In this document: piece by piece, positions 18,836 through 27,384 of the stretch | How positions within the stretch are numbered: position 1 is the first letter of the stretch | How the letters are laid out: the number at the start of each line of letters is the position of its first letter | NCBI GenBank assembly: GCA_964512105.1 | Contig: CAZEGI010000004.1 | Span: 5,692 to 60,252, forward strand | Source of the DNA: an uncultured archaeon | GTDB lineage: Archaea; Altiarchaeota; Altiarchaeia; IMC4; CAZEGI01 | Length of the DNA: 54,561 bases | Direction of reading: 5' to 3' | The notes under the pieces: generated by a model | What the model was told of the DNA's origin: nothing | What the model saw: the letters and a program-made list of their open reading frames with translations, nothing else | Databases searched by the model: none | Program-made: the position numbers and the translations under genes

Positions 18836-18983
18836 TCTATGTCCCGGACAACCACAGCTTTCTGAGTTTTTCCTTCTTCTTCCGGGCTTTTCGCTCCTCC
18901 TCGGTTTCCTCTTCCTCGGTTTTCTGTTTTTTCCTGCGCCATGCCATTTTTAGCTAACATAATAATAAATTACATACATATAA

Positions 18984-19442
18984 GTGAAGATGTTCGAAAA
19001 GATCGTAATCGGCGGGACGTTCGATTTGCTCCACAGGGGGCACATGGCAGTACTCGACACGGGATTCAGAATCGGGAAAAAAGTCGTCATCGGCCTGACC
19101 TCGGACGAGTTCGCCTCCCGCTTCAGGGTTGTGAAAACCGCACCGTACGAAAAAAGGAAGTCCACGCTGGAAACCTACATACGCTCGTTCAAAAAACCGT
19201 ACGAGATTGTCAGGATAAACGACAGTTACGGTGTTGCGACCATCGACCCGGAAATCGACTGCATTGTCGTGAGCGAGGAAACGCTGCTCAGGGCCGAGGA
19301 GATAAACGCCATAAGGTTCAAGAAGGGTTTGAAGAAACTCGTCATAGTGGTGATGCCAATTGTTGTTGCCAAGGACGGGACTCCGATTTCGAGCGAACGG
19401 ATTGCAAAAAAGGAGATTGACTCTGAAGGAAATCCGAGATGA
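18984..19442 (+). CDS. coaD: phosphopantetheine adenylyltransferase, archaeal type
   Basis: VIGGTFDLLHRGHMAVL is the cytidylyltransferase (T/H)xGH motif. 152 aa, as for archaeal PPAT. Confidence 0.88.
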   Translation: MKMFEKIVIGGTFDLLHRGHMAVLDTGFRIGKKVVIGLTSDEFASRFRVVKTAPYEKRKSTLETYIRSFKKPYEIVRINDSYGVATIDPEIDCIVVSEETLLRAEEINAIRFKKGLKKLVIVVMPIVVAKDGTPISSERIAKKEIDSEGNPR

Positions 19443-20071
19443 AAGTTCTCATAACTGCAGGCCCGACTCGGGAGCCCATTGATTCCGTAAGGTTCATAAC
19501 CAACGCGAGTTCAGGGAAGATGGGTGTTGCTCTTGCGGAGGAAGCGATTGCGCGCGGGCATGAGGTTGCTGTTATTGCGGGGCCCATTGATGTTGATACT
19601 TCTAAAAAAATAAAAAGAATAAACGTCAGAACTGCCAGAGAAATGACGGCCGCTGTTTTGGATGAGTTAAAAAATGGTTACGATGTTTTCATATCCGCTG
19701 CTGCGATTGCGGACTACACGCCCGTAAAGACGACCAAGGGGAAACTCGATTCTGACAAAGACATCATTATAAAATTAAAAAAAACAAGAAAGTTGATAAA
19801 GTTGGTAAAAAAACAATTTCCTGATGTTTTTGTCGTTGGATTCAAGGCGGAGTTCGGTGGTGGAAAAGGGCTGATAGAAAAAGCTTATGAGCGTTTAACT
19901 GAGAACAGGATTGACCTGATTGTGGCAAACGATATCGAAAAAAACAGGTTTGGTAGTGGCAGGACAGAGGTCTGGGTTGTGGATAGGGAAAAAAACATAA
20001 GATACATACCGGAGAACGCAAAGAAAAAAATTGCTGCCAAACTGTGGAAAATTATCGAAACCGCTACCTAA
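19439..20071 (+). CDS. coaB: phosphopantothenate-cysteine ligase (stand-alone CoaB domain)
   Basis: ITAGPTREPIDSVRFITNASSGKMG is the CoaB signature. The ORF begins at the CoaB domain with no CoaC flavoprotein half. ATGA overlap with coaD. Confidence 0.88.
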   Translation: MKVLITAGPTREPIDSVRFITNASSGKMGVALAEEAIARGHEVAVIAGPIDVDTSKKIKRINVRTAREMTAAVLDELKNGYDVFISAAAIADYTPVKTTKGKLDSDKDIIIKLKKTRKLIKLVKKQFPDVFVVGFKAEFGGGKGLIEKAYERLTENRIDLIVANDIEKNRFGSGRTEVWVVDREKNIRYIPENAKKKIAAKLWKIIETAT

Positions 20072-21015
20072 CGAATTTTTCTTAAACCGGTTTCGGATTT
20101 TCTTTCAAACAATTGTGTCAGCGATATTTTTCCGAGTCCGAGAGTACCCCGGTTTAGATACAGAATCATCAGAAGCGCAAACCCGACAAACGAATCGTAC
20201 GTTCTTTCCCTGCTGCCGAAGAGGAAATCCGTCAGGCTGGTGATGCCCGCGAGCAGCATCATGGAGTAAACGATGAACAACATGCCCATGTAAAATCTGA
20301 ACTTGGTGGATGGCGACGCCTTTGACCTGTAGATTACGACGATCCCCGCGAGAAGCAGCACCGCCACGATAAGGTTGTATATCTCATGTTCCGGACTTGA
20401 GAGAAATCTGCCGGTGAAGAAGGTGGCCAGCACCAGTATGATAAAAGAGGTCACGTGTTTTTTATTCTCCCCCGGATAGGTTATCACCAAGTGGATTACG
20501 AGTTTCATTTTAGCAATCACGGACCTTGTATGCATCAGATTTTTCTTCCGGTTGTAGATCAGCACGGCGACAAAAAACAGTATCACTGCTATTAGAAAGT
20601 TCATGGCATCTTTGGGATTATCTGCAAACAAGCCGAGGTAGCGGATGCACAAGAGGACAAGCAGCAGAAAAATCAGGTCCCAGCCAAAGGTTCTTGTTTT
20701 TTTGAGCGTTTCTGCCGGACTTGGCTTTTTTTTCTCCTCTTTTTCTGGGGTTTTGTATTTTTTTACGAGTTCCTTCTCCAGCAGTTTTACTTTTTTAAGG
20801 GAATCGTAGGTTACCGAGAGTAGGACATCGCTGGAGCCCTTGTCCCTTATCTCCAGCAGGCCCTTCTTTTCGAGTTCGGACGCCAGCTGGTTTATGACGG
20901 ACGGTTGCACGCCAAACTTCCGGGCTGCTTCCTCCACCCTTATGTTTCTCGCCTCCAGCACTAACGCCAAGAGGTCTTCTTCGGTTGGAGATGCGACATT
21001 CATTTGGTCATCCAT
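20068..21015 (-). CDS. membrane protein with N-terminal winged-helix-like domain
   Basis: N-terminus EDLLALVLEARNIRVEEAARKFGVQPSVINQLASELEKKGLLEI looks like a wHTH. It is followed by a K/E linker and about 6 hydrophobic helices. Starts 2 nt after the top6A stop. Confidence 0.6.
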   Translation of the reverse strand: MDDQMNVASPTEEDLLALVLEARNIRVEEAARKFGVQPSVINQLASELEKKGLLEIRDKGSSDVLLSVTYDSLKKVKLLEKELVKKYKTPEKEEKKKPSPAETLKKTRTFGWDLIFLLLVLLCIRYLGLFADNPKDAMNFLIAVILFFVAVLIYNRKKNLMHTRSVIAKMKLVIHLVITYPGENKKHVTSFIILVLATFFTGRFLSSPEHEIYNLIVAVLLLAGIVVIYRSKASPSTKFRFYMGMLFIVYSMMLLAGITSLTDFLFGSRERTYDSFVGFALLMILYLNRGTLGLGKISLTQLFERKSETGLRKIR

Positions 21016-21016
21016 T

Positions 21017-22096
21017 TCAGGACAGGAGTTCGCCGGACTTTATTTTTTGCGGTAAGTATTCCTCAGCCACGAACTCGAGGGATTTTGAGGCAAGCGCCTG
21101 CTGCTCTATTCTGACGCCCTTGTTCACCATAAGGTCGAGTTCCTTCTTCCACTCCTTCTTTTGGAACCACGGATACTGCAAGAGCTCTGACACGCGTTTC
21201 TTGTCCACGTCCTTCAATGTTTCGGTAACTTTTTCCAGGCCGTATGCATCAATGTCGCTCATGGTCATTCCGACAAACTTCATTCCCGGAGTTCCAAGCC
21301 GGAGTGATTCGTGGGCAAGGGCCATGGAGCCGGCTTTCATTACGGAGTAGATGTAGTAACCCCACGGGTCGCCGTCGGTGAACATTATCGCCGGCAGTTT
21401 CAGTTCCGTATGCAGCCTGTTCACCAGCCTTCTGCAACCCCTTGCGGCCTGCCCTTTCGTCGCAACCATTATGCAGTTGTTTTTTATATGATATTTCTCT
21501 TCAACCAGACGGTCGAACATCGCTCCTGTTTCTATGACAAGAACGTATTTCGCGTTAACCTTCTTGAACTTGTACTGCTCGACTATTGACGGTACTGAAA
21601 GACCGCTCCTGCCGAGTTTTGAGCAGTCTATCGTGTCACCGGAATCCTCGATTATGATGTTGCCTATCAGGGTTCCTTTATCATCTGCCTTGAGGTGCAG
21701 CTCTTCACGCATGACCTCAAGCATCGTTTCCAAATCGACTATCAGCGGGTCGGATTCGGACTGGTCATCAAAAGTGTTCTCCTTCGTTTCAGCGATGCTG
21801 TGCTTGAGCTGGTAATACAGTTCCCTTATGCTTGCGGTTTTCCCCCTCGACACGAGCTCCTTGCACTTCGCACCGATCATCGCGGTCTGCATGAATTTCT
21901 TGCTGTGCGCAACATTCATGAACGAACGCGTGGAGGTTTTTTTGCCCAGCCTTAGAAGGCTGGATGCCTTGTCGAAGTGCACGTTGTTAAGACCGCGCTG
22001 CGGCATGGTCATCTTTGGTGATTTTTTCTTTGACACATCGGCCAAAAGCTCCTTGCCGAGTTCAGTCAGGCGCCCTTCAACATCCTTGTCTTTCAT
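21017..22096 (-). CDS. top6A: DNA topoisomerase VI subunit A
   Basis: 359 aa. Spo11/Top6A pattern (RELYYQLKH, Toprim VLVIETGAMFDRL, FTDGDPWGYYIY). Confidence 0.95.
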   Translation of the reverse strand: MKDKDVEGRLTELGKELLADVSKKKSPKMTMPQRGLNNVHFDKASSLLRLGKKTSTRSFMNVAHSKKFMQTAMIGAKCKELVSRGKTASIRELYYQLKHSIAETKENTFDDQSESDPLIVDLETMLEVMREELHLKADDKGTLIGNIIIEDSGDTIDCSKLGRSGLSVPSIVEQYKFKKVNAKYVLVIETGAMFDRLVEEKYHIKNNCIMVATKGQAARGCRRLVNRLHTELKLPAIMFTDGDPWGYYIYSVMKAGSMALAHESLRLGTPGMKFVGMTMSDIDAYGLEKVTETLKDVDKKRVSELLQYPWFQKKEWKKELDLMVNKGVRIEQQALASKSLEFVAEEYLPQKIKSGELLS

Positions 22097-22098
22097 TT

Positions 22099-23778
22099 TT
22101 AAATCTCCGTTTTATCCTCCTCTTCCTCCGAGACTTCCTCAAGTTCCGCTTCGGTTAGTTCCTCTTCGGATTCCGCATCACCCAGGAGTTCCTCGTCGAA
22201 CTTTACCTTTTCGCGTATAAATTTTTCTAGATCCTTTGCTATCTTCTCCTGCTCCTTATCCCTATCTATAAGTTTTGATATCGCAGACGCAAGTTCCATG
22301 CTGTACTTCAGAAGCGTATTCAATCGTGCTTCCTGCTCGATTGCGCGCCTTCTCCGTGAGTGGAACCTCTGGAACCTTCTCCCGAGGTCCATGAGCGCAA
22401 ACCTTATCTCCTTTATTATCTCGTCGTCGTCCGCGACGCTCTGCTTTCCTGCAGAGGTGTATGGAACGTGAACTGAAACAAGATTTACAAAAATAGTTAT
22501 TGGGGAGTTTTCAAAATCCTTTATGCCGTAGCGCTTCCATTCAACGCCGTTCACTGCAGTGGTTATTCCGCATCCACCTGCGTCAAAGAGCAGGGGCGCG
22601 CGGTTTGCAAACCTCATGACCTCCGCCTTCACGCCCTCTCCGGCAACCCTCCCTGCCTTTCCGCCGTATGCAACTGCAACCTCCACCTGGAATGGAACCC
22701 CACCAGAATGAACCTTGGGTGGCCGCGTGAGTGTTGTCTCGAATTCGGGGTTGAGAATGCTCAGCACGGATTTTTTTATCTGCCCCTCGCCTATCGGCCT
22801 TAACCCCTCAAGCGGTGGTGCCATGAAATCAACCTTCTTGAACGCGTTTATGATTTCCTCGGCCTCGGCCCACGCCAACTTTCTCGGATTTTTGTTGAGG
22901 TCGAAGCTCACAAGTTCCTGGATTTCTTTGACCTTCGCGCCGCTCACCCTCGAGAGTTCTGTTGAGAGCAGAGAACTGACATGCCTTGACTTTGATGCCT
23001 TCGCCATGTTTACCAAATCATCAACCTCGAGCCCCTTCGGATGCTGTTTCATCTCCGACGGCGGTTTTGGAACTTCGTTTGTCGAGCGGTCGAAGACGGT
23101 TTTTCTGCCTTCCGGGTCAATGAAGGTTATCTTCGCGTGCGGATTTGCAATCGCTGTTCTTCGCAGATATTCAAACGGGCCCTGCTCGCTGAGGTTGTAC
23201 AGAACGCCCTTCACCTCAACCTCTATGGTCGTTCCGCGCCAGTACTCCTCGTAGTTTTTCGTCTCGATTATGTCTGCCTTGTTTTTCGTGATGTCTATGA
23301 GTAGTTGTATGTCAACAACCTTGTTGTCGCCCGTGCAGGTTTTAATACGCATCGGTTTTCCTGTGGTCATCTGCGAATACAGGGTAACGCCGGAAATCCC
23401 GATGCCCTGCTGCCCCCTCAGCTGAATATTCCTATGAAACTTTGTTCCTGCAAGCATCTTTCCGAAAACGTCGGATATGTGCGCTGCTGGAATGCCGGGG
23501 CCGTTGTCGCTTTCCGTGATCTTGTAATGCTCAGGGCCTTTCTCCTTTATCGCTACGGTTATGTCAGGAAGAATGCCGGCTTCTTCACACGCATCCAGAG
23601 AATTGGTGACCATCTCGTGCACGATGGTTGTCAGGGACCTTACCTTACCGCTGTAACCCAGATGCGCTCGGTTCTTTCTGAAGAACTCGGTTATCGAGAC
23701 CTCCCTGAAATCCTTGAAGAGTTCGTCTGCATGCTTTTCCTTCGTTAGTTCCTCATCCGCTACTGCGCCTTCCCCCAT
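22099..23778 (-). CDS. top6B: DNA topoisomerase VI subunit B
   Basis: 559 aa. GHKL ATPase motifs (HEMVTNSLDA, DNGPGI, GQQGIG) and an acidic C-terminal tail. Confidence 0.95.
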   Translation of the reverse strand: MGEGAVADEELTKEKHADELFKDFREVSITEFFRKNRAHLGYSGKVRSLTTIVHEMVTNSLDACEEAGILPDITVAIKEKGPEHYKITESDNGPGIPAAHISDVFGKMLAGTKFHRNIQLRGQQGIGISGVTLYSQMTTGKPMRIKTCTGDNKVVDIQLLIDITKNKADIIETKNYEEYWRGTTIEVEVKGVLYNLSEQGPFEYLRRTAIANPHAKITFIDPEGRKTVFDRSTNEVPKPPSEMKQHPKGLEVDDLVNMAKASKSRHVSSLLSTELSRVSGAKVKEIQELVSFDLNKNPRKLAWAEAEEIINAFKKVDFMAPPLEGLRPIGEGQIKKSVLSILNPEFETTLTRPPKVHSGGVPFQVEVAVAYGGKAGRVAGEGVKAEVMRFANRAPLLFDAGGCGITTAVNGVEWKRYGIKDFENSPITIFVNLVSVHVPYTSAGKQSVADDDEIIKEIRFALMDLGRRFQRFHSRRRRAIEQEARLNTLLKYSMELASAISKLIDRDKEQEKIAKDLEKFIREKVKFDEELLGDAESEEELTEAELEEVSEEEEDKTEI

Positions 23779-23914
23779 TGTATTCCCTCAATTTTGATTG
23801 TCATTTCAACCCAGACAATGTGGTAATTCAGCCTCTCTGCTTACCGAAAAAAACAGCCAACCAACACCTATCTCAGTGTATATATGAATAGTATTTCAGG
23901 TTAATAAATGTGTT

Positions 23915-24409
23915 TTATTCGTGTCCCCTGCCCTCCAAAAACCCGTATACGTAGCCGTGTTTTGAGCCGGTGAGCAGCATCACGATTGCCTCCTTGGCGT
24001 GCTCAAGGTCATCGTACTTTCCGATTATCGCGATGGTTTTTCCGTACACTGAAACGAAGCAGTTTGTAAAGTTCTCTATCCGTTTTCGGGACTTGCCCTC
24101 GCGCCCTATGACCCTGCCCTTCCTGCTCCTCATGGACTTTTCCGTTTTCACGAAATCCCTGAGTTGCAGGATTTCGAACAGGTAGTCGTCATCCAGCAGT
24201 AGCAGGGCCTTGTCCGAGCTGAAGCCTCTGCCAATAGCCAGAACGACGTTCTGCGCCTTAAGTTCGCCGAAGGAATCGCCGTCAATTTCGACGTTGTTGC
24301 CGGAAACAGTGAGCTTGGTTTTTGTCTTCCGCTCGATGGTTTTTTTAACCTTTCCGTTTTCGCCAATCAGCACGCCGACCCGGTCTTCCGGGATATTCAC
24401 GAATTTCAT
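23915..24409 (-). CDS. KH-domain RNA-binding protein (archaeal Dim2/Pno1-like)
   Basis: IPEDRVGVLIGENGKVKKTIE and VIGREGKSRKRIE are two KH GxxG motifs. 164 aa. Confidence 0.85.
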   Translation of the reverse strand: MKFVNIPEDRVGVLIGENGKVKKTIERKTKTKLTVSGNNVEIDGDSFGELKAQNVVLAIGRGFSSDKALLLLDDDYLFEILQLRDFVKTEKSMRSRKGRVIGREGKSRKRIENFTNCFVSVYGKTIAIIGKYDDLEHAKEAIVMLLTGSKHGYVYGFLEGRGHE

Positions 24410-24444
24410 AGCTTAATATTTACGAGTAGAATTATTTAAGTGAT

Positions 24445-25449
24445 GTGAAAGAGGCGTTGTTCTACGAAAAAACCGACGGAAAGGTAAAGTGCAGATTGTG
24501 CCCGCACGAGTGTCTGATTGCGAAGGGGAAGCGTGGGATATGCGGCGTCAGGGAAAACCGGAACGGAACTCTTTACTCATTGGTATACGGAAAACTTATA
24601 GCTGAACATGTCGACCCTATAGAAAAAAAACCGGTGTTCCATTACAAGCCCGGAACGTTGAGTTATTCGATTGCCACCATAGGCTGCAATTTCCGCTGCG
24701 AGTTTTGCCAGAACTGGGACATCAGCCAATACTCGAAAGGAAGCAATGAGTTACCTGGAGGAGATACAACCGCAGAAGAAGTTGTCAAAGAATGCATACG
24801 TGCTGAATGCTCCGGCGTTTCGTACACCTACACTGAACCCACGATATTCTACGAGTTCATGTGGGATGTTGCGAAACTTGCAAAGGAAAACGGGTTGGGA
24901 AACGTTATGGTCACGAACGGTTTCATAAACCCCGAACCGCTGAAAAACTTTAAGGAGCTGGATGTGTTCAGGGTTGACCTGAAGAGCTTCAAAGATGATT
25001 TTTACAGGAAAGTATGCGGTGCACGTTTGGAACCAGTCCTTGAATCAATGAAACTGGCAAAAAAATCTGGCATCTGGGTCGAGGTCGTAACACTGATAGT
25101 CCCGAAGCAGAATGATTCCGCTGAAGAGTTAAAGCAGATTGCAGGATTCATAAAGAACGAGCTCGGGGAAGAAACGCCATGGCACGTGAGCAGGTTTCAT
25201 CCGGATTACAAGATGACGGACTCGGTGCCAACGCCGATGGAAAAAATACGCGAGGCTTACAGAATCGGAAAGGATGTGGGGTTGAGGTATGTGTATGCGG
25301 GCAATGTGCCTCATGACAAATGGGAAAACACATACTGTTACAACTGCAACGAATTGCTGATAGAACGGCAGGGTTTTGGTGTTGCAGAGAACAATATCAA
25401 GAACGGTAAATGTCCTAACTGCAGTGCAAAAATCGACATTATAGAATAG
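24445..25449 (+). CDS. amrS: AmmeMemoRadiSam-system radical SAM enzyme (PflA-like activase family)
   Basis: CRLCPHEC...GICGVR N-terminal cluster and the CNFRCEFCQNW radical SAM CxxxCxxC motif. GTG start. Confidence 0.88.
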   Translation: MKEALFYEKTDGKVKCRLCPHECLIAKGKRGICGVRENRNGTLYSLVYGKLIAEHVDPIEKKPVFHYKPGTLSYSIATIGCNFRCEFCQNWDISQYSKGSNELPGGDTTAEEVVKECIRAECSGVSYTYTEPTIFYEFMWDVAKLAKENGLGNVMVTNGFINPEPLKNFKELDVFRVDLKSFKDDFYRKVCGARLEPVLESMKLAKKSGIWVEVVTLIVPKQNDSAEELKQIAGFIKNELGEETPWHVSRFHPDYKMTDSVPTPMEKIREAYRIGKDVGLRYVYAGNVPHDKWENTYCYNCNELLIERQGFGVAENNIKNGKCPNCSAKIDIIE

Positions 25450-25450
25450 A

Positions 25451-26788
25451 ATGGAAAAGGTATTGGAAAAGACTCTGGAAAAAATAACTCCGACAGCAAA
25501 CGAGTCGGAGGGGGAACAGCGAATAATCCGCATAATAACGAAAAAACTCGAGAAGTTCGACGTGATTCCGGTTCTTGTCGGCTCTACCGCAAAGGGCACC
25601 GACCTGCGCGGTGACAAGGACATTGATATCTTCATCATGTTCGGGCAGGACGTCAGCAGGGAAAAGCTGGAAAAAAAAGGTCTTGAGATAGGAAAAGCAG
25701 TATTCAAAGAAATCGGAGCGAAATACGAAATCGATTATGCCGAGCACCCATATGTAAAAGGATTTTACAAGGATTACGATATTGAAATCGTTCCATGCTA
25801 CAGCGGAAAACGCATCATGTCATCCGTTGACAGAACGCCGTTCCACACGCGCTACGTCCGAAGAAAATTACGTGAAAATCCAGCGTTGAGGAATGGGATG
25901 CGCCTCCTGAAGCAGTTCATGAAAGGCATCGAGGTTTACGGCGCTGAAGCCAAGGTGCAGGGCTTTTCCGGTTACCTTGTAGAGTTGCTGGTCATCCACT
26001 ATGGCTCCTTTATGAAAGTCCTCAAGGCAGCAGCGGGATGGTCTTTAAATCAGGTGCTTGACCCGGAGAAGCAGTGGAAAAATCCGGAAGAAGCGAGGTA
26101 TTTCTTCACGAATGCGAACCTCATCGTGATTGACCCTGTTGACAAAAACAGGAATGTTGCGGCTGCCGTTTCTATGCAGTGCCTGTCCGAGTTCATTATA
26201 GCGGCAAAGGAATTTCTGGAAAACCCATCAGAAGAATATTTCTTCCCCAAGGAGCCGAAATTGCTGAGCAAAAAAGAGTTGTCCGAGAAGATAGAAAAAC
26301 GCGGCACGAAACTGGTTGCGGTAATTTTCAGGCACAAAAAACTGAACGAGAATTCCCTGTACTCGCAGCTGAGGCGAACCATTAAATCCTTAACCGATGA
26401 AATTGAAACCTTCGGTTTCAAATTTTTCAGGAGCGGCTTCTGGTCGAATGAAAAAAACCTGTCCCTGATAATTCTTGAATTTGAGGTTTTCAAACTTCCC
26501 GAAGTCATGCACAAGACCGGGCCGCCGATTGACCAGGACCCGAAAAATCAGGAAAAGTTCATTGAAAAATACAAAAAAGATAAACCGTACGTGAAGGACG
26601 GCAGGTGGGTCGTTGACACGAAACGGAAGTTCCGGGAGATTGAAAAGCTAATGCCTGAAATCCTGGAAGAGAGGAAAGGTTTCGGGAAGGATTTGAAAGC
26701 GGTGGAGGAGATTTATTTCCTGACAGGCAAAAAAATTCTCGACACCGAGGAAAAAGAATTTTACAGGTTTTTGGGGAAGTTTTTGTGA
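25451..26788 (+). CDS. cca: CCA-adding enzyme (class I, archaeal tRNA nucleotidyltransferase)
   Basis: VGSTAKGTDLRGDKDIDIFIMF, EHPYVKG and VDRTPFHTRY are typical archaeal Cca motifs. 445 aa. Confidence 0.95.
   Translation: MEKVLEKTLEKITPTANESEGEQRIIRIITKKLEKFDVIPVLVGSTAKGTDLRGDKDIDIFIMFGQDVSREKLEKKGLEIGKAVFKEIGAKYEIDYAEHPYVKGFYKDYDIEIVPCYSGKRIMSSVDRTPFHTRYVRRKLRENPALRNGMRLLKQFMKGIEVYGAEAKVQGFSGYLVELLVIHYGSFMKVLKAAAGWSLNQVLDPEKQWKNPEEARYFFTNANLIVIDPVDKNRNVAAAVSMQCLSEFIIAAKEFLENPSEEYFFPKEPKLLSKKELSEKIEKRGTKLVAVIFRHKKLNENSLYSQLRRTIKSLTDEIETFGFKFFRSGFWSNEKNLSLIILEFEVFKLPEVMHKTGPPIDQDPKNQEKFIEKYKKDKPYVKDGRWVVDTKRKFREIEKLMPEILEERKGFGKDLKAVEEIYFLTGKKILDTEEKEFYRFLGKFL
26760..26788 (+). repeat. direct repeat copy 1 (the last 9 codons plus stop of cca)
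   Basis: tttacaggtttTtggggaagtttTtgtGa vs copy 2 at 27340-27368. 26/29 identical, offset 580 nt. Confidence 0.85.
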
Positions 26789-26802
26789 TTTATAAGCTTA
26801 AA

Positions 26803-26820
26803 TAACATTATTTAATGTTA
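26803..26820. promoter_or_regulatory. palindrome upstream of the antitoxin gene (candidate operator)
   Basis: TAACATTA tt TAATGTTA, 8-bp arms, 24 nt upstream of ATG 26844. The operator role is inferred from typical TA autoregulation. Confidence 0.4.
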
Positions 26821-26843
26821 AATAAAATTAAATAGTGATGTAG

Positions 26844-27065
26844 ATGGTCCTAAAAACATTTAACGTTAGTGAGGATGTATATGCCAGATTCTCTGGTTTT
26901 TGCAAAGAGCAGGGTATAAGTATGAGCAAACAGGTAGAGTTGTTTATGAGATCTTTTCTTGAGGAAGAACCAAAAGCAAAGGATGAATATCTGAAAAAAC
27001 TCGAAAAGATACGAAAAGGCAAATTTATCAGGGTTAATAATTTTGCTGAACGTTATGGGTTATAG
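26844..27065 (+). CDS. ribbon-helix-helix (CopG/RelB-like) antitoxin
   Basis: N-terminal beta-alpha-alpha pattern (KTFNVSEDVYARFSGFCKEQGISMSKQVELFMRSFL). 73 aa. Immediately precedes a RelE-like ORF. Confidence 0.7.
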   Translation: MVLKTFNVSEDVYARFSGFCKEQGISMSKQVELFMRSFLEEEPKAKDEYLKKLEKIRKGKFIRVNNFAERYGL

Positions 27066-27066
27066 T

Positions 27067-27331
27067 ATGAGCTACGCACTTGAGATTTCTGATGAAGCTG
27101 ATGAGAAATTTAGGAAGTTGGAGAGAAAAAAATAGGAAGCAGTTAGGAATAATAAACAGGAAAGTTGAGCAGATTCTTCGGGATCCGCATCACTTCAAAC
27201 CACTGCGTAGGGATATGCACGGGGCACGGCGTGTGCATATAGACACCTCCTTTGTTCTGACCTACGAGATCCATGAAAAAGAGAAGATTGTGAAGATACT
27301 GGATTATGAACATCATGACAAGATTTATTAG
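27067..27331 (+). pseudogene. RelE/ParE-family toxin gene interrupted by a frameshift in an A7 run
   Basis: ATG 27067 gives MSYALEISDEADEKFRKLERKK*. The +1 frame continues NRKQLGIINRKVEQILRDPHHFKPLRRDMHGARRVHIDTSFVLTYEIHEKEKIVKILDYEHHDKIY, which is RelE-like (HxFKPL, R..V, YEI....I.IL...H). Removing one A from A7 at 27126-27132 restores a single ~87-aa ORF. Confidence 0.75.
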
Positions 27332-27339
27332 TACTTAAA

Positions 27340-27368
27340 TTTACAGGTTTCTGGGGAAGTTTCTGTAA
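27340..27368 (+). repeat. direct repeat copy 2 (orphan copy of the cca 3' end)
   Basis: tttacaggtttCtggggaagtttCtgtAa. It would encode YRFLGKFL* like cca. All three differences from copy 1 are synonymous (TTG/CTG twice, TGA/TAA). Confidence 0.85.
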
Positions 27369-27384
27369 ACCACGCTACAAATCA

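Noticed and set aside
18833-18842. Read-through or fusion of the 36-aa ORF with the zinc-ribbon ORF across the TAG.
   Set aside because: The two ORFs are in different frames (ACA TAG A ATG), so stop-codon read-through cannot join them. A frameshift would be needed, and nothing such as a slippery run supports one.
17952-18953. 333-aa plus-strand ORF.
   Set aside because: It lies entirely antisense to secF and the zinc-ribbon gene. Its composition is Ser/Phe-rich low complexity, while the minus-strand SecF assignment is unambiguous.
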